Notes: a model not told the origin generated them from the sequence alone. A DNA stretch of 64,000 bases from Magnetococcus sp. DMHC-6 (GCA_039908535.1 JAMOAW010000004.1:2909-66908), one strand, 5' to 3'; counted from the stretch's first letter, positions 29,627-38,722 are shown. Translations and numbers: made by a program.

Positions 29627-30505
29627 ATGATCAGACGACCTTTTTTTGTTTTATTGTTAATTACGCTTTTTGCCACCGGTTGCAGCACCACTGAAGAGGC
29701 CATCCAACCCGATATTCCAGCAGAAACGCTCTATTTAACTGGAATGGAGGCCTTAAAAGATGGACGTCATAAGACCGCCAGCAAAAACTTTGAAGAGGTC
29801 GATCGCAAACATCCCTTCTCACCATGGGCGACCAAGGCGCAGATTAATCTCATCTACAGCCACTACAAAGAACAAGAATTTCCAGAAGTGATCAGCTCTG
29901 CCGAACGTTTTATCCGTCTGCACCCTCGTCATCCCCATGTCTCTTATGCCTATTACATGCGCGGGCTTGCCCATTATCAACAAATTTCTACCGCGTTGAA
30001 GGATCAATTACAAACGCGTGAGGCGATGGTGGCCTTCCAAGAGGTGATATCACGCTTTCCCCAGAGCGACTATGCCTGGGAAGCCGAACGAATGCTCAAT
30101 CTGTGTCGTTTTCGTCTAGCCGAACAGGAGATTGTTGTTGCCCGATACTATTTAGACCGGGCCGAATATATTGCCGCCATGAATCGATTTGCAAAAATTA
30201 TTGAAAATCCACAATATAACGATACACCTTTTGTAGAAGAGGCTCTCTTTAGTCTCTCATTGGCCTCTATTAAATTGGGACTTCAAGAAGAGGCTAAAAA
30301 TTATGCAGCGGTATTAGGACACAATTTTCCACAGGGTCCTTATTATCAATGGACCTATGGCATGTTGGAAGGAAATCGTCTAATTTCCAAATCTGAATTG
30401 CAAAATTTGCGCCGCGAGGTGGCCTCTGGTAGCCTATTTACCCAATTTTTTGAAGGTCTTAAACCAGGAATGCCCAGCGGTATGACAACCCCTGATAAGC
30501 CATAA
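29627..30505 (+). CDS. bamD: outer membrane protein assembly factor BamD
   Basis: Lipobox LFATGCS and TPR-like repeats matching the BamD/YfiO pattern (A...F....YP.S.....A.....Y). Confidence 0.8.
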   Translation: MIRRPFFVLLLITLFATGCSTTEEAIQPDIPAETLYLTGMEALKDGRHKTASKNFEEVDRKHPFSPWATKAQINLIYSHYKEQEFPEVISSAERFIRLHPRHPHVSYAYYMRGLAHYQQISTALKDQLQTREAMVAFQEVISRFPQSDYAWEAERMLNLCRFRLAEQEIVVARYYLDRAEYIAAMNRFAKIIENPQYNDTPFVEEALFSLSLASIKLGLQEEAKNYAAVLGHNFPQGPYYQWTYGMLEGNRLISKSELQNLRREVASGSLFTQFFEGLKPGMPSGMTTPDKP

Positions 30506-30517
30506 TTTTATCCTCAT

Positions 30518-30566
30518 CTCAAGCACTAGGGGGGCACAAACCGCCCCCCCAGGGTTTTGTTTTTGG
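30518..30566. repeat. one-arm copy of the G5/C5-hairpin repeat family
   Basis: Sequence ctaggggggcacaaaccgcccccccagggttttgtttttg, 13 nt after the bamD stop. Confidence 0.75.
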
Positions 30567-30753
30567 GCACGCCTCAATACCGTCTCACACGTAGTTAGAC
30601 TCATGAACGAGCAAACCAATAGTTCCAAATCAAATAAGAAATTTTTTTTATCGATAATAGACATCAACAATTTCCTTATTCATAAAAATCTGTTAATGTA
30701 ATATATTGTTAATATTTTAAATCAATAAAAAAAATATGAGAGGAAAGTAAATA

Positions 30754-32442
30754 ATGTCAATTCAGAATATAAAAATCAGCACCAGATTGAATGTTGGATT
30801 TGGTATCGTACTATTGGTTATGTTATTAGCCTTTATGATCACATACAATGCCATACTGAATACTCAAAATTCTGCCATTCAAGTGCAAAAGGAGTCCCTT
30901 CCTATGGCATTGGAGGCAAAAAACATGCGCATTGCGGTTATCGATATTCAACAATGGCTAACCGATGTTTCGGCCACCCACAATCCCGATGGTTTTAAAA
31001 CTGCGGAGGCATCCTCAATTCTTTTTAAAAATGGCATCACCCAATTTCGTACGATGTACCAAAAAGAGAACAACTCTGAAGAATTAAAAAAACTGGAGGA
31101 TCTGGACAAAGCATTTGATATCCTATATGCAGTCGGCACTAAAATGGCCAACTCTTATATAAAAGAGGGTTTAGAGGCCGGCAATGCCATTATGGAAGAG
31201 TTTGACGGGGCCTCGACAAAGCTACAAAGCTTAATCGCTAAAATGGTTGAAAACCAAGTAACCGAAGCTCATGACAATACAAAAGTAATTGTTGATCAAA
31301 CCGATCAAGTGATTCAAATATTATTGATTATGGGGACGATTGCCATTCTCCTAAGTGCAACCATTGGTTTTATTCTGACCAGCTCTATTTCTAAGCCATT
31401 GTTCATCATTCAAGCCTTTTGCAGTGACCTAGCCCTTGGTGACCTCTCAAAATCTTGCCAAATTCATACACAGGATGAAATCGGTCAGATGGCTGATACG
31501 TTAAATCAAGCGATAGATAAATTACGCGAAACATTCCGAGAGGTCCAACAGGCCAGCATTTCCGTTGCCTCTGGTAGCACGGAGCTTTCCGAAACATCGC
31601 AAACCATGTCACAAGGGGCGGTCGAACAGGCGGCTTCTATTGAAGAGACCTCCAGTGCCATGGAGGAGATGGCCGCCAATATTGCTCAAAACACCGACAA
31701 CTCCCAAAAAACCCAGTCTATTGCCACCAAAGCCGCCCAGGATGCCGCCGATGGTGGCAAGGCGGTCAATGAGGCGGTTACCGCCATGCGGGAAATTGCC
31801 AACAAGATCTCTATTATTGAGGAGATCGCCCGCCAAACGAATCTATTGGCTTTGAATGCTGCCATTGAGGCCGCTCGTGCTGGGGAGCATGGCAAAGGTT
31901 TTGCTGTGGTCGCCGCTGAGGTCCGCAAATTGGCCGAACGCAGTCAAACCGCCGCTGGCGAAATCAGTCACCTCTCGGCCTCTAGCGTCGAAGTCGCAGA
32001 ACAGGCCGGAAATATTATGGTTAAGCTTGTTCCTGACATTCAAATGACTGCAAAATTAGTCGCAGAAATTGCTTCTGCCAGCCAAGAACAAAATCAGGGG
32101 ACGGCCCAAATCAATCAAGCCATCCAACAATTGGATCAAGTTATTCAAAAAAATGCAGGAGCTGCCGAAGAGATGGCCGCCACTTCAGAGGAACTTTCTG
32201 CCCAGGCCGATATTTTACAATCCTCCATGACCTTCTTTAAAACTGGTACCGAGACAAAAGAAGGGGGCCCCCGTTCCCCCTCCCTCCCCCGCAAATCCCG
32301 ACCAATGACAACAGCTGCCCCCATCAAAAAATCCAAGGCCTTGCCTCCACCCAGTCGTTCTTTGGGGTCAATTACTGGGGGAGTCAAACTGGATTTAGGC
32401 GGCGGTCAGACGAACATAGACAACGAATTCGAACGTTTTTAA
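30754..32442 (+). CDS. methyl-accepting chemotaxis protein (4-helix-bundle sensor, HAMP, signalling domain)
   Basis: Two TM segments, HAMP, and the invariant hairpin [44 protein letters not shown]-rich tail ends in NEFERF. Confidence 0.9.
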   Translation: MSIQNIKISTRLNVGFGIVLLVMLLAFMITYNAILNTQNSAIQVQKESLPMALEAKNMRIAVIDIQQWLTDVSATHNPDGFKTAEASSILFKNGITQFRTMYQKENNSEELKKLEDLDKAFDILYAVGTKMANSYIKEGLEAGNAIMEEFDGASTKLQSLIAKMVENQVTEAHDNTKVIVDQTDQVIQILLIMGTIAILLSATIGFILTSSISKPLFIIQAFCSDLALGDLSKSCQIHTQDEIGQMADTLNQAIDKLRETFREVQQASISVASGSTELSETSQTMSQGAVEQAASIEETSSAMEEMAANIAQNTDNSQKTQSIATKAAQDAADGGKAVNEAVTAMREIANKISIIEEIARQTNLLALNAAIEAARAGEHGKGFAVVAAEVRKLAERSQTAAGEISHLSASSVEVAEQAGNIMVKLVPDIQMTAKLVAEIASASQEQNQGTAQINQAIQQLDQVIQKNAGAAEEMAATSEELSAQADILQSSMTFFKTGTETKEGGPRSPSLPRKSRPMTTAAPIKKSKALPPPSRSLGSITGGVKLDLGGGQTNIDNEFERF

Positions 32443-32449
32443 AAGTTCA

Positions 32450-32602
32450 TCTATCGGAAAAATAATAATCAAGACCTTGGAGGGCGGAGAACCGCCCCCC
32501 AATCCCCCCACCCTTCTTGTTTGATTCTTAAAAAAAAGAGGGGGTTTGGGGGATTCATCCCCCAGGGTTTTGTTTTTGATTGTTTGCCCGAAGGATATCA
32601 TC
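32450..32602. repeat. full-length (~155 bp) copy of the G5/C5-hairpin MITE/REP-like element
   Basis: tatcggaaaaa...caagaccttggagggcggagaaccgccccccaatcccccc...ttcttaaaaaaaagagggggtttgggggattcatcccccagggttttg...tttgcccgaaggatatcat. Nearly identical to 43648-43807. It is a long imperfect palindrome made of two sub-hairpins. Confidence 0.85.
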
Positions 32603-32932
32603 TTTTCTCTGCGCTGATCTGGGATCCACCTATTTAAATAGAGCAGATTCCAGATCGTTTTTTTTCTTTTTCTAACGGTTCCTTCCTTTAAATTTAAATC
32701 GAATTTGATCATTCCTCCACGCACTCATGAAAAAAATTGATAAACAATATTATAAAGATATATAAAACAAAAAAAAATATATTTTTTGACTTAACTCCCC
32801 ATTTGATAAAAATTGATATAAAAAATTTTAAATTAAAAATTGACATTTAGGCACAAAAGCAATTGACAACTATTTTTTATTTAAATAAAATCTTCTAAAA
32901 ATTTAAAATAATTTTCACAAAGGAGGAAAAAA

Positions 32933-33406
32933 ATGGCAGCTACAAAAGAAATAACCACACAAGCCATGATTGACTATGTGTCTAATGTTCCAGATGAATA
33001 TTGGAATCAATTTTGTGAGTTGATGGACCAAGAACATATCAAACGTGAAGCCGAATTGCGCACAAAAGCAATCCATGCCGCCAAAGAAGCCGCCAATAAA
33101 TATGGTTTTGCCGCTGAAGAATTGTTTGGTCTTTCATCATTGCGAACCAACACGGACCATTTAGACGATGACGATAAAGTACCGAGTTCAGCATTGGTTA
33201 AAATAAAAGAGATGGCTCCTGAAGGTCTTTATAATCCTAATGCTCCAGAAGGAAAGCAGAAATATTATAAGCCAGCAGATAAAGATCGTTGGGTTCGGGT
33301 TCCTGAATGGTTAAAAAATGATCTCACAGCGATTAAAGAGAAAGGTGGACGTTTTAACTCACATATTATTAAATCGTTATGCGATAAATATCCTATGACG
33401 ATTTAA
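32933..33406 (+). CDS. hypothetical protein with weak H-NS-like features
   Basis: 157 aa. Helical N-terminus ending in KYGFAAEELFG, an acidic linker, then KYYKPADKDRWVRVPEWLK. This loosely resembles the H-NS C-terminal KY..P..G.TW.GRGR.P.W motif but lacks GRGR. Preceded by a strong RBS (aaaggagg) and about 200 nt of very AT-rich DNA. Confidence 0.3.
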   Translation: MAATKEITTQAMIDYVSNVPDEYWNQFCELMDQEHIKREAELRTKAIHAAKEAANKYGFAAEELFGLSSLRTNTDHLDDDDKVPSSALVKIKEMAPEGLYNPNAPEGKQKYYKPADKDRWVRVPEWLKNDLTAIKEKGGRFNSHIIKSLCDKYPMTI

Positions 33407-33542
33407 AACACGCTTTTATCCTGCCCTAGCGAATTGGATAAAAAATGGAGGCAATCTCATCACTGTCTCCATTTTGCCAAATTTTTTTTTGCATATATAC
33501 TTTATTTTTTCCTGTTTTTTTCTCTGATTGAGGTAATTTTTT

Positions 33543-34091
33543 ATGTTTTTTTTGCAGACTTATTTTTCCAAAATGGTTGCAACCCAAACCCGCCCGATAA
33601 GAGTTAACACATCTGAAATATTTTGGTCTTGGCTGGGATCCTTCTTGGGTATTGGCTTAGTGGGGTGGTTGGACCATTTTTATTTATCTGGGACAGATCT
33701 CACGTTGATGATTGGCAGTTTTGGTGCATCGGCTGTATTGATTTATGGTGCGCCCGCAAGCCCCCTTGCACAACCCCGAAATTTATTGGGTGGTCACTTG
33801 TTCTCTGCTCTTGTCGGAGTGACTATTTTTAAAATTTTTTCTGCCCAACCCTGGCTGGCCGCTGCCTTGGCCGTCTCCTTGGCCATAGTGGTCATGCATC
33901 TCACCTCTACCTTACATCCCCCAGGGGGGGCTACGGCTCTTATTGCCGTGATTGGTTCCCATAAAATTCATGCGTTGGGGTTTATATACGCCCTCATTCC
34001 CGTATTATTGGGGGCCTTTTTAATGCTCATCGTGGCGGTGGGAGTCAACAACCTCGCCAAAAATCGTCACTATCCCCTTTGGTGGTATTAA
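33543..34091 (+). CDS. HPP-family integral membrane protein
   Basis: Four or more TM segments and the family-defining LHPPGGATALIAV motif. Confidence 0.75.
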   Translation: MFFLQTYFSKMVATQTRPIRVNTSEIFWSWLGSFLGIGLVGWLDHFYLSGTDLTLMIGSFGASAVLIYGAPASPLAQPRNLLGGHLFSALVGVTIFKIFSAQPWLAAALAVSLAIVVMHLTSTLHPPGGATALIAVIGSHKIHALGFIYALIPVLLGAFLMLIVAVGVNNLAKNRHYPLWWY

Positions 34092-34108
34092 AATCAAAAA
34101 AGAAGCCT

Positions 34109-34279
34109 TTACCTCCCCTTCTCTTGCTCTAATGCCAATAATACCAATGCCAATGGATACTCCCAAGCCATAACATGGCCACGGGCAATCAAGTGGAGGA
34201 GAGCCCGTTCAAAATTGCGTCGACCGTCTACCGGGTTTGTTTCCCGGCCTCCATCAGACGGCTGAGCAATCCGAAAAAA
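34109..34279 (-). other. -1 frame extension (T part) of a phage G/GT-type tail assembly chaperone
   Basis: The -1 frame is open from the slippery site to the stop at 34109, reading FRIAQPSDGGRETNPVDGRRNFERALLHLIARGHVMAWEYPLALVLLALEQEKGR. It overlaps the 3' end of the 101-aa chaperone ORF. Confidence 0.6.
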
Positions 34280-34533
34280 TCGGGATTTATCTCTTGACAC
34301 TCGCCAAGCACGTCTCGCAATTGCATGGGCGTGAATTGTTCCATAGCCTCTTGGGACAAATCGGTCATGAACGATAAAACCCGCAAAGGGGTTTGGGGAA
34401 ATAACAAATCCCCTACCGGATCACACTGTTTTTCGCTCTGCAACGACACCAGCCAGGCGCGAATCTCCCCAGCCGTCACCTCTCGAATCTGAATCTCCCG
34501 ATTCTCTATCTTTTTGACTTTGATCATGCGCAT
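34228..34533 (-). CDS. phage tail assembly chaperone (G-like)
   Basis: 101-aa acidic protein immediately downstream of a major-tail-type gene. Its 3' end carries a slippery site and an overlapping -1 ORF, the hallmark G/GT arrangement. Confidence 0.6.
   Translation of the reverse strand: MRMIKVKKIENREIQIREVTAGEIRAWLVSLQSEKQCDPVGDLLFPQTPLRVLSFMTDLSQEAMEQFTPMQLRDVLGECQEINPDFFGLLSRLMEAGKQTR
34273..34279 (-). promoter_or_regulatory. candidate -1 programmed ribosomal frameshift heptamer T_TTT_TTC
   Basis: Minus strand reads GAT TTT TTC in the zero frame, which fits X_XXY_YYZ. 11 nt downstream lies a two-tier hairpin at 34224-34261 (CCGTCT..CCGGG-AAACAAA-CCCGG-T-AGACGG). Confidence 0.6.
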
Positions 34534-34557
34534 GGATCTATTCTTTCATGGCTAAAA

Positions 34558-34640
34558 ATATGATGCCCTTCGGGCAAAAAATTAAAAAAAAGTGGGGAGA
34601 ATTTAGGGCGGTTCCCCGCCCCAAAAGTCTTGATTCTCAT
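34558..34640. repeat. diverged copy of the repeat family, inserted between the tail tube and chaperone genes
   Basis: Sequence atgatgcccttcgggcaaaaaatt...gtggggagaatttagggcggttccccgccccaaaagtcttgatt. It shares the gatgccc.gcgggcaaaaaa end module and the caagac..gggg(c)gg..ccgcccc hairpin. Confidence 0.7.
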
Positions 34641-34656
34641 TTTCTGATATATTATC

Positions 34657-35403
34657 TTATTGGCGCAACTCCACCGTATACGGAGTGGTCTGCCCAGTCA
34701 GGGTCTCCAAAGAGCCAGAAAGTTCAATGCTGGTATATTCATCCGAAAGAAAATCCACCCCACCAGAGGGGCTCAACACCGCTTTATCAATCGTTAAAAT
34801 GACATCGGCCCCATCAGCAAAATTTTTACCATCCAAAATCAAACGCGCTTTGATGGTCGGTTGGGTAGAGCCACTGATTTTATTGCCCGTGACCGCCTCA
34901 TGATCATAATCAACATGCAACTCTTGGGCATCGCTGATGGTACCCCCTTCAAGAGCCTGAAGCAAACCAACCCGAAGATTGAGTTGATAATCAGTTCCTT
35001 TCACAAAAGTGGTGGTATCGGTCTCATCTTGCACCACCACACTGGTATTGATCAAATTACCCTTGGCCAGTTGTACCCATTTGCCCAATTTTGCCACCAC
35101 AACTTCCCCAGAAACCGATCCAGAGGCCACATTCAAAACCGACTCATCCCCCAAAAGAGCGATGGAAAGGTTGGTTTTATTCAACTCATCCAACGTAATT
35201 TCAATCTTGGCAGGTTTTTTAATCTGGGCCGAATCCAGAGTTTGACCATAAGTATTGCGACCACGAGAAATCCGCTCCTTAATTTCGGTCTCCTCGCTGA
35301 TCATCAGTTTGGTCGCATTACCCACATCCATCAATCCCGTGCTGTTCCCATCTTCATCCAGGCGATCCATATATAAGTCGCCAGATCCTAAAAATCCAGA
35401 CAT
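34657..35403 (-). CDS. phage major tail (tube) protein, siphovirus-type
   Basis: 248 aa. Beta-rich pattern typical of major tail proteins: GDLYMDRLDEDGNSTGLMDVGNATKLMI...LDELNKTNLSIALLG...YQLNLRVGLLQ...LHVDYDHEA...ARLILDGKNFADG. The ATG at 35403 is preceded by GGAGGTAGG. The track start at 35448 is less likely. Confidence 0.6.
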   Translation of the reverse strand: MSGFLGSGDLYMDRLDEDGNSTGLMDVGNATKLMISEETEIKERISRGRNTYGQTLDSAQIKKPAKIEITLDELNKTNLSIALLGDESVLNVASGSVSGEVVVAKLGKWVQLAKGNLINTSVVVQDETDTTTFVKGTDYQLNLRVGLLQALEGGTISDAQELHVDYDHEAVTGNKISGSTQPTIKARLILDGKNFADGADVILTIDKAVLSPSGGVDFLSDEYTSIELSGSLETLTGQTTPYTVELRQ

Positions 35404-35645
35404 ACCTACCTCCATTACAAATGATTGAATAAAAACCGATTGATCCAAAAAAACAATCCCAACTACCGGCGTTCCATGGTCAAACGAAGTTTATCCCCAC
35501 CTGTTACAAAGTTTTAAGTAGAAATGAAACAGCAGCAACCTAAAGAAAACTAAAAATTTATCGCCCTTTGTCACTTGAAGAAATACCCTATAAATGATAA
35601 CGTAATCATAACAATTTGTATTACAAATAATTTAACAAAAAAAAT

Positions 35646-37856
35646 TTGGATATATTTATGCCGCAGGCACTGCCAATCCAGAATAAACCGCGTTTTTTTT
35701 CAATTGAAAAAAAAATTATCTCTATATGGATCGGATTGTTTCTTTTAGGAATGATTTTTCTTGGTTGGGCCTCCTACCGCTCTATTCATCAAGCGGCGGT
35801 CAAAAATGCCAAGGTGATTTTAGTTCACCAATTAATGGAGCTCAACTACGACCTCACCGAAATGATTCACTCATTCAATCAATTTATCCTAGTGATTGCC
35901 ACCTCTTCTCTCTATCAACGCTATTTTGAACTCCCAGAGTCCCGCAAAAACAGCTACGACGATCAAGGTCATATTCTGTTTTCAAAAAAACAATGGACCA
36001 TAAAAAATGAATTAGATAACTGGATTATAAATATACAAAAAAAAATTCCAGCCGTAGAGAGTTGTCTGATCGATAAAAGTGGTCAAGAACATAGTCGAGT
36101 AACCAAAGGAATCATTGCCCCACCAGAAGAGTATTCCAACTCTGAGACGCAACAGCCTTTTTTTAAGTCCGCTTGGGAAATCCCTCCTGAGACGATTCAG
36201 TTAAGCCCGCCCTATATCTCACCCGATACCAACGACTGGGTTTTAGCCTTTGTCACCCCTATCCAACTCAAAGACGGCAGCCGACCAGCCATCTTTCACA
36301 ATGAAATCCCCCTCGCTCTGTTGCAAACCATGGCGAACCATTATAGCGAGGTTGATCGAAATTTTCCTGGGGCATCCAAAACAGCCGTCAACCAGGACGA
36401 ATTCGAAGGTCTCAACCTAAAAACCACCTTTCAAATTATTGCCTTTGATGCCAACCAACAAGTGGTGATACATAGTCACGCCCATAGCCCGATTTCCCCT
36501 AATTCCAAAACAAAAAATTCCTTTCCATTATTGAAAGAGGTCACTCAAAACCCAGCATTGGCAACCAAATTGGCCCAAACAGCCAATGAAAATGTACAAA
36601 TTATTCGTATGATGTTTCAAGGCGAATCCACCTATCTGGCCTTTTTACGTTCTACCATCCTCGACTGGACCTTAGTCGTGATCTTCCAAGAAGAAAAATT
36701 ACTCCTGGGTGGAAATACCCTACGCCAATTAGGGACAAAAATTTTTACCATCGCCCTCCTCATCATCGCCATTGGCTTTTTGATGGCCCGTTGGCTGGCC
36801 CATCAAATCAGCCACCCCCTCGTTCAAATCAGCGAACTGGCCAATAAACTGGCCAAGGGAAATTATAATCTCACCTTTAATATTAATCTTCCCAAAGATG
36901 AAATTGGTCGGTTGGGGGCCAGCCTGGAGAGCATGAAAGAGAGTCTTGCTCAAAATACCCATAACTTGGAACAACAAGTTCGTACCCGAACCAAAGATCT
37001 CCGCTTGGCCAACGAACAACTGCAACATGTCATTCAGGAGCTTCAAACCACACGGGAAGAGTTGGTACACAGCGAAAAAATGGCCTCACTCGGTAAATTG
37101 GTGGCGGGCTTTGCCCATGAAGTCAATACCCCCATCGGGATTGCCGTTGGAACCATTTCCAGTATCCCAGACAACCTCAACCACATTCATACACTCTTAA
37201 AAGACGAAGAAGTCGATCTCAACGAATTGGAATATCACCTCAAAAAAATTCACGATGTCAGCTCCCTAGGCATGTCCAACCTGAAACGGGCCAGCGATCT
37301 CATCACCCGATTTAAGCGTACATCCATCGACCAAACTTACGAGAAATCACGTATTTTTAACATACAAGAGATAATTCAGGATGTCTTGACACCCCTGAAT
37401 CACCGTTTTAAACGCACATCAATAAACATCACCCTAGAAACCCCACCATGCACAATCTTCAGCCAACCAGGTGTCATCAGTCAGATCATTACGAATCTTT
37501 TGATAAACAGCTTGATCCATGGCTTTGAAGATGGCAAAATACCAGGTCAAATCACGCTTACCTCTTCTTTAAATCCAGAGACCAAACGGTTTACCCTCCT
37601 CTACCAAGACAACGGGAAGGGTATGGAGCCAGAAACGCTCAAAAAGGCCTTTGACCCTTTTTATACCACCAACCGCAGCGGTGGCGGATCTGGACTGGGA
37701 TTGTTTATCTGTTATAATTTAATTCGAGATCAACTCGCAGGCACCATCCACTGCACCAGTAAACCGGGAGAGGGTGTTCTTTTTCGTATCAATTTTCCAG
37801 TCAATGCAGAACATATGGCCTCTGATGAGGATAACGTTTATGTCTCGGAAAAATAA
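35646..37856 (+). CDS. sensor histidine kinase (large periplasmic Cache-like domain, HAMP, HisKA, HATPase)
   Basis: Two TM segments flank a ~300-aa extracytoplasmic region. H-box FAHEVNTPIG and ATPase boxes NLLINSLIHG, DNGKGM, GGSGLGL. The ATG at 35658 may be the real start, since the track start is a TTG. Confidence 0.85.
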   Translation: MDIFMPQALPIQNKPRFFSIEKKIISIWIGLFLLGMIFLGWASYRSIHQAAVKNAKVILVHQLMELNYDLTEMIHSFNQFILVIATSSLYQRYFELPESRKNSYDDQGHILFSKKQWTIKNELDNWIINIQKKIPAVESCLIDKSGQEHSRVTKGIIAPPEEYSNSETQQPFFKSAWEIPPETIQLSPPYISPDTNDWVLAFVTPIQLKDGSRPAIFHNEIPLALLQTMANHYSEVDRNFPGASKTAVNQDEFEGLNLKTTFQIIAFDANQQVVIHSHAHSPISPNSKTKNSFPLLKEVTQNPALATKLAQTANENVQIIRMMFQGESTYLAFLRSTILDWTLVVIFQEEKLLLGGNTLRQLGTKIFTIALLIIAIGFLMARWLAHQISHPLVQISELANKLAKGNYNLTFNINLPKDEIGRLGASLESMKESLAQNTHNLEQQVRTRTKDLRLANEQLQHVIQELQTTREELVHSEKMASLGKLVAGFAHEVNTPIGIAVGTISSIPDNLNHIHTLLKDEEVDLNELEYHLKKIHDVSSLGMSNLKRASDLITRFKRTSIDQTYEKSRIFNIQEIIQDVLTPLNHRFKRTSINITLETPPCTIFSQPGVISQIITNLLINSLIHGFEDGKIPGQITLTSSLNPETKRFTLLYQDNGKGMEPETLKKAFDPFYTTNRSGGGSGLGLFICYNLIRDQLAGTIHCTSKPGEGVLFRINFPVNAEHMASDEDNVYVSEK

Positions 37857-37857
37857 A

Positions 37858-37960
37858 CATCAAGAGCTAGGGGGGCACAGAACCGCTCCCCACTCCTCCC
37901 ATTTTTTTAATTCTTAAAAAAATGGGAGGAGTGGGGAATTCCAAAAAAAATCGGCGGTTC
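37858..37960. repeat. variant copy of the repeat family
   Basis: Sequence ctaggggggcacagaaccgctccccactcctcccatttttttaattcttaaaaaaatgggaggagtggggaattcc. It has the same architecture (hairpin, ttaattcttaaaaaaa core, inverted arm) but different arm sequence. Starts 2 nt after the kinase stop. Confidence 0.7.
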
Positions 37961-37993
37961 CATTATTAAAAAATCAAGAAAAGGGGTTTAGGC

Positions 37994-38722
37994 ATGGAAC
38001 TTGTCGACGAAATGACCGAACGCTTTATAAAAAAAAATAAGCTGTTTGTTTCCAAATCCGAATTTTTTGTCTTGCTGGGAGCTAAACTGTGCCAACAATT
38101 GGCAATCACCAAACAAACTCCCGTTGATCTCCTCACCCAAGCACTACTGCGCCACTGTGGGAACGCCTTTCGGGTGATGAAAGGGGGGCGATACCTCTAT
38201 ATTGCCCGCAACCTTGCCGATGATGTTTTTCTGCTCGACAAAATACAACGACAAACAAAACCCTTTACCGTCAAAGCCATCGGGCAAAATCTACCCCTGA
38301 CCGTAGATCTATTTTATACCGCTTTTACCCAACTGTTAGAACGTCAAGAGGTGAGATGTATCGCACTGAGAAAATCCGATGGCATGCCCCTTTTCCAGAC
38401 CACATCGCCTATTTCTGAAGAGGTCAAATCAGCCCCGCCTCCCCCCTCTTTGCCTCCTCAATCCGATCGTCAGAGCTTTCATCAAGCCTGCCTAAAGAGT
38501 GGACAAGGCCGCAATTTTATCTTTATCCATCAAATACGCTCTCATCTGGGATGGGAAAGAAAACGATTTGATCAGGTGTTGCAGCAGCTGCATAGCGATG
38601 GATTGATTTTACTCAATATGGGCGACCCCACTCAACTCTCAGCCACGCAATTACGCAATTCGTTTCAGGATAGCAATGGTTTCCTTTACCTTACCCTCAA
38701 TTGGTTGGAGCCGCACGCATGA
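37994..38722 (+). CDS. hypothetical protein with probable winged-helix modules
   Basis: 242 aa. Two segments have helix-turn-helix plus wing character (FTVKAIGQNLPLTVDLFYTAFTQLLERQEVRCIALRKSDGMPLF and IFIHQIRSHLGWERKRFDQVLQQLHSDGLILLNMGD), separated by a Pro-rich linker. The stop overlaps the next gene's ATG (ATGA). Confidence 0.45.
   Translation: MELVDEMTERFIKKNKLFVSKSEFFVLLGAKLCQQLAITKQTPVDLLTQALLRHCGNAFRVMKGGRYLYIARNLADDVFLLDKIQRQTKPFTVKAIGQNLPLTVDLFYTAFTQLLERQEVRCIALRKSDGMPLFQTTSPISEEVKSAPPPPSLPPQSDRQSFHQACLKSGQGRNFIFIHQIRSHLGWERKRFDQVLQQLHSDGLILLNMGDPTQLSATQLRNSFQDSNGFLYLTLNWLEPHA

Noticed and set aside
30631-30657. Sigma-28-like promoter (caaataag-N11-atcgataa) upstream of MCP1
   Set aside because: Only the -10-like CGATAA half resembles the consensus, and the -35 half is poor. 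This is too weak to report as a feature without a motif scan.
32395-32724. 109-aa minus-strand ORF downstream of MCP1
   Set aside because: The ORF is carried almost entirely by the repeat element (…PPLFFKNQTRRVGGLGGGSPPSKVL…). The same peptide-like strings recur wherever the repeat occurs.
34109-35448. Intact prophage or gene transfer agent cluster
   Set aside because: Only the tube and G/GT genes are present. No tape measure, capsid, portal, terminase, lysis or integrase genes lie on either side, and a repeat element has inserted between the two genes.
38701-38718. TTG start at 38701 for the large ATPase, as in the ORF track
   Set aside because: The ATG at 38719 forms an ATGA overlap with the upstream stop, which is the more typical coupled start. 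The 6 extra codons add nothing recognisable.
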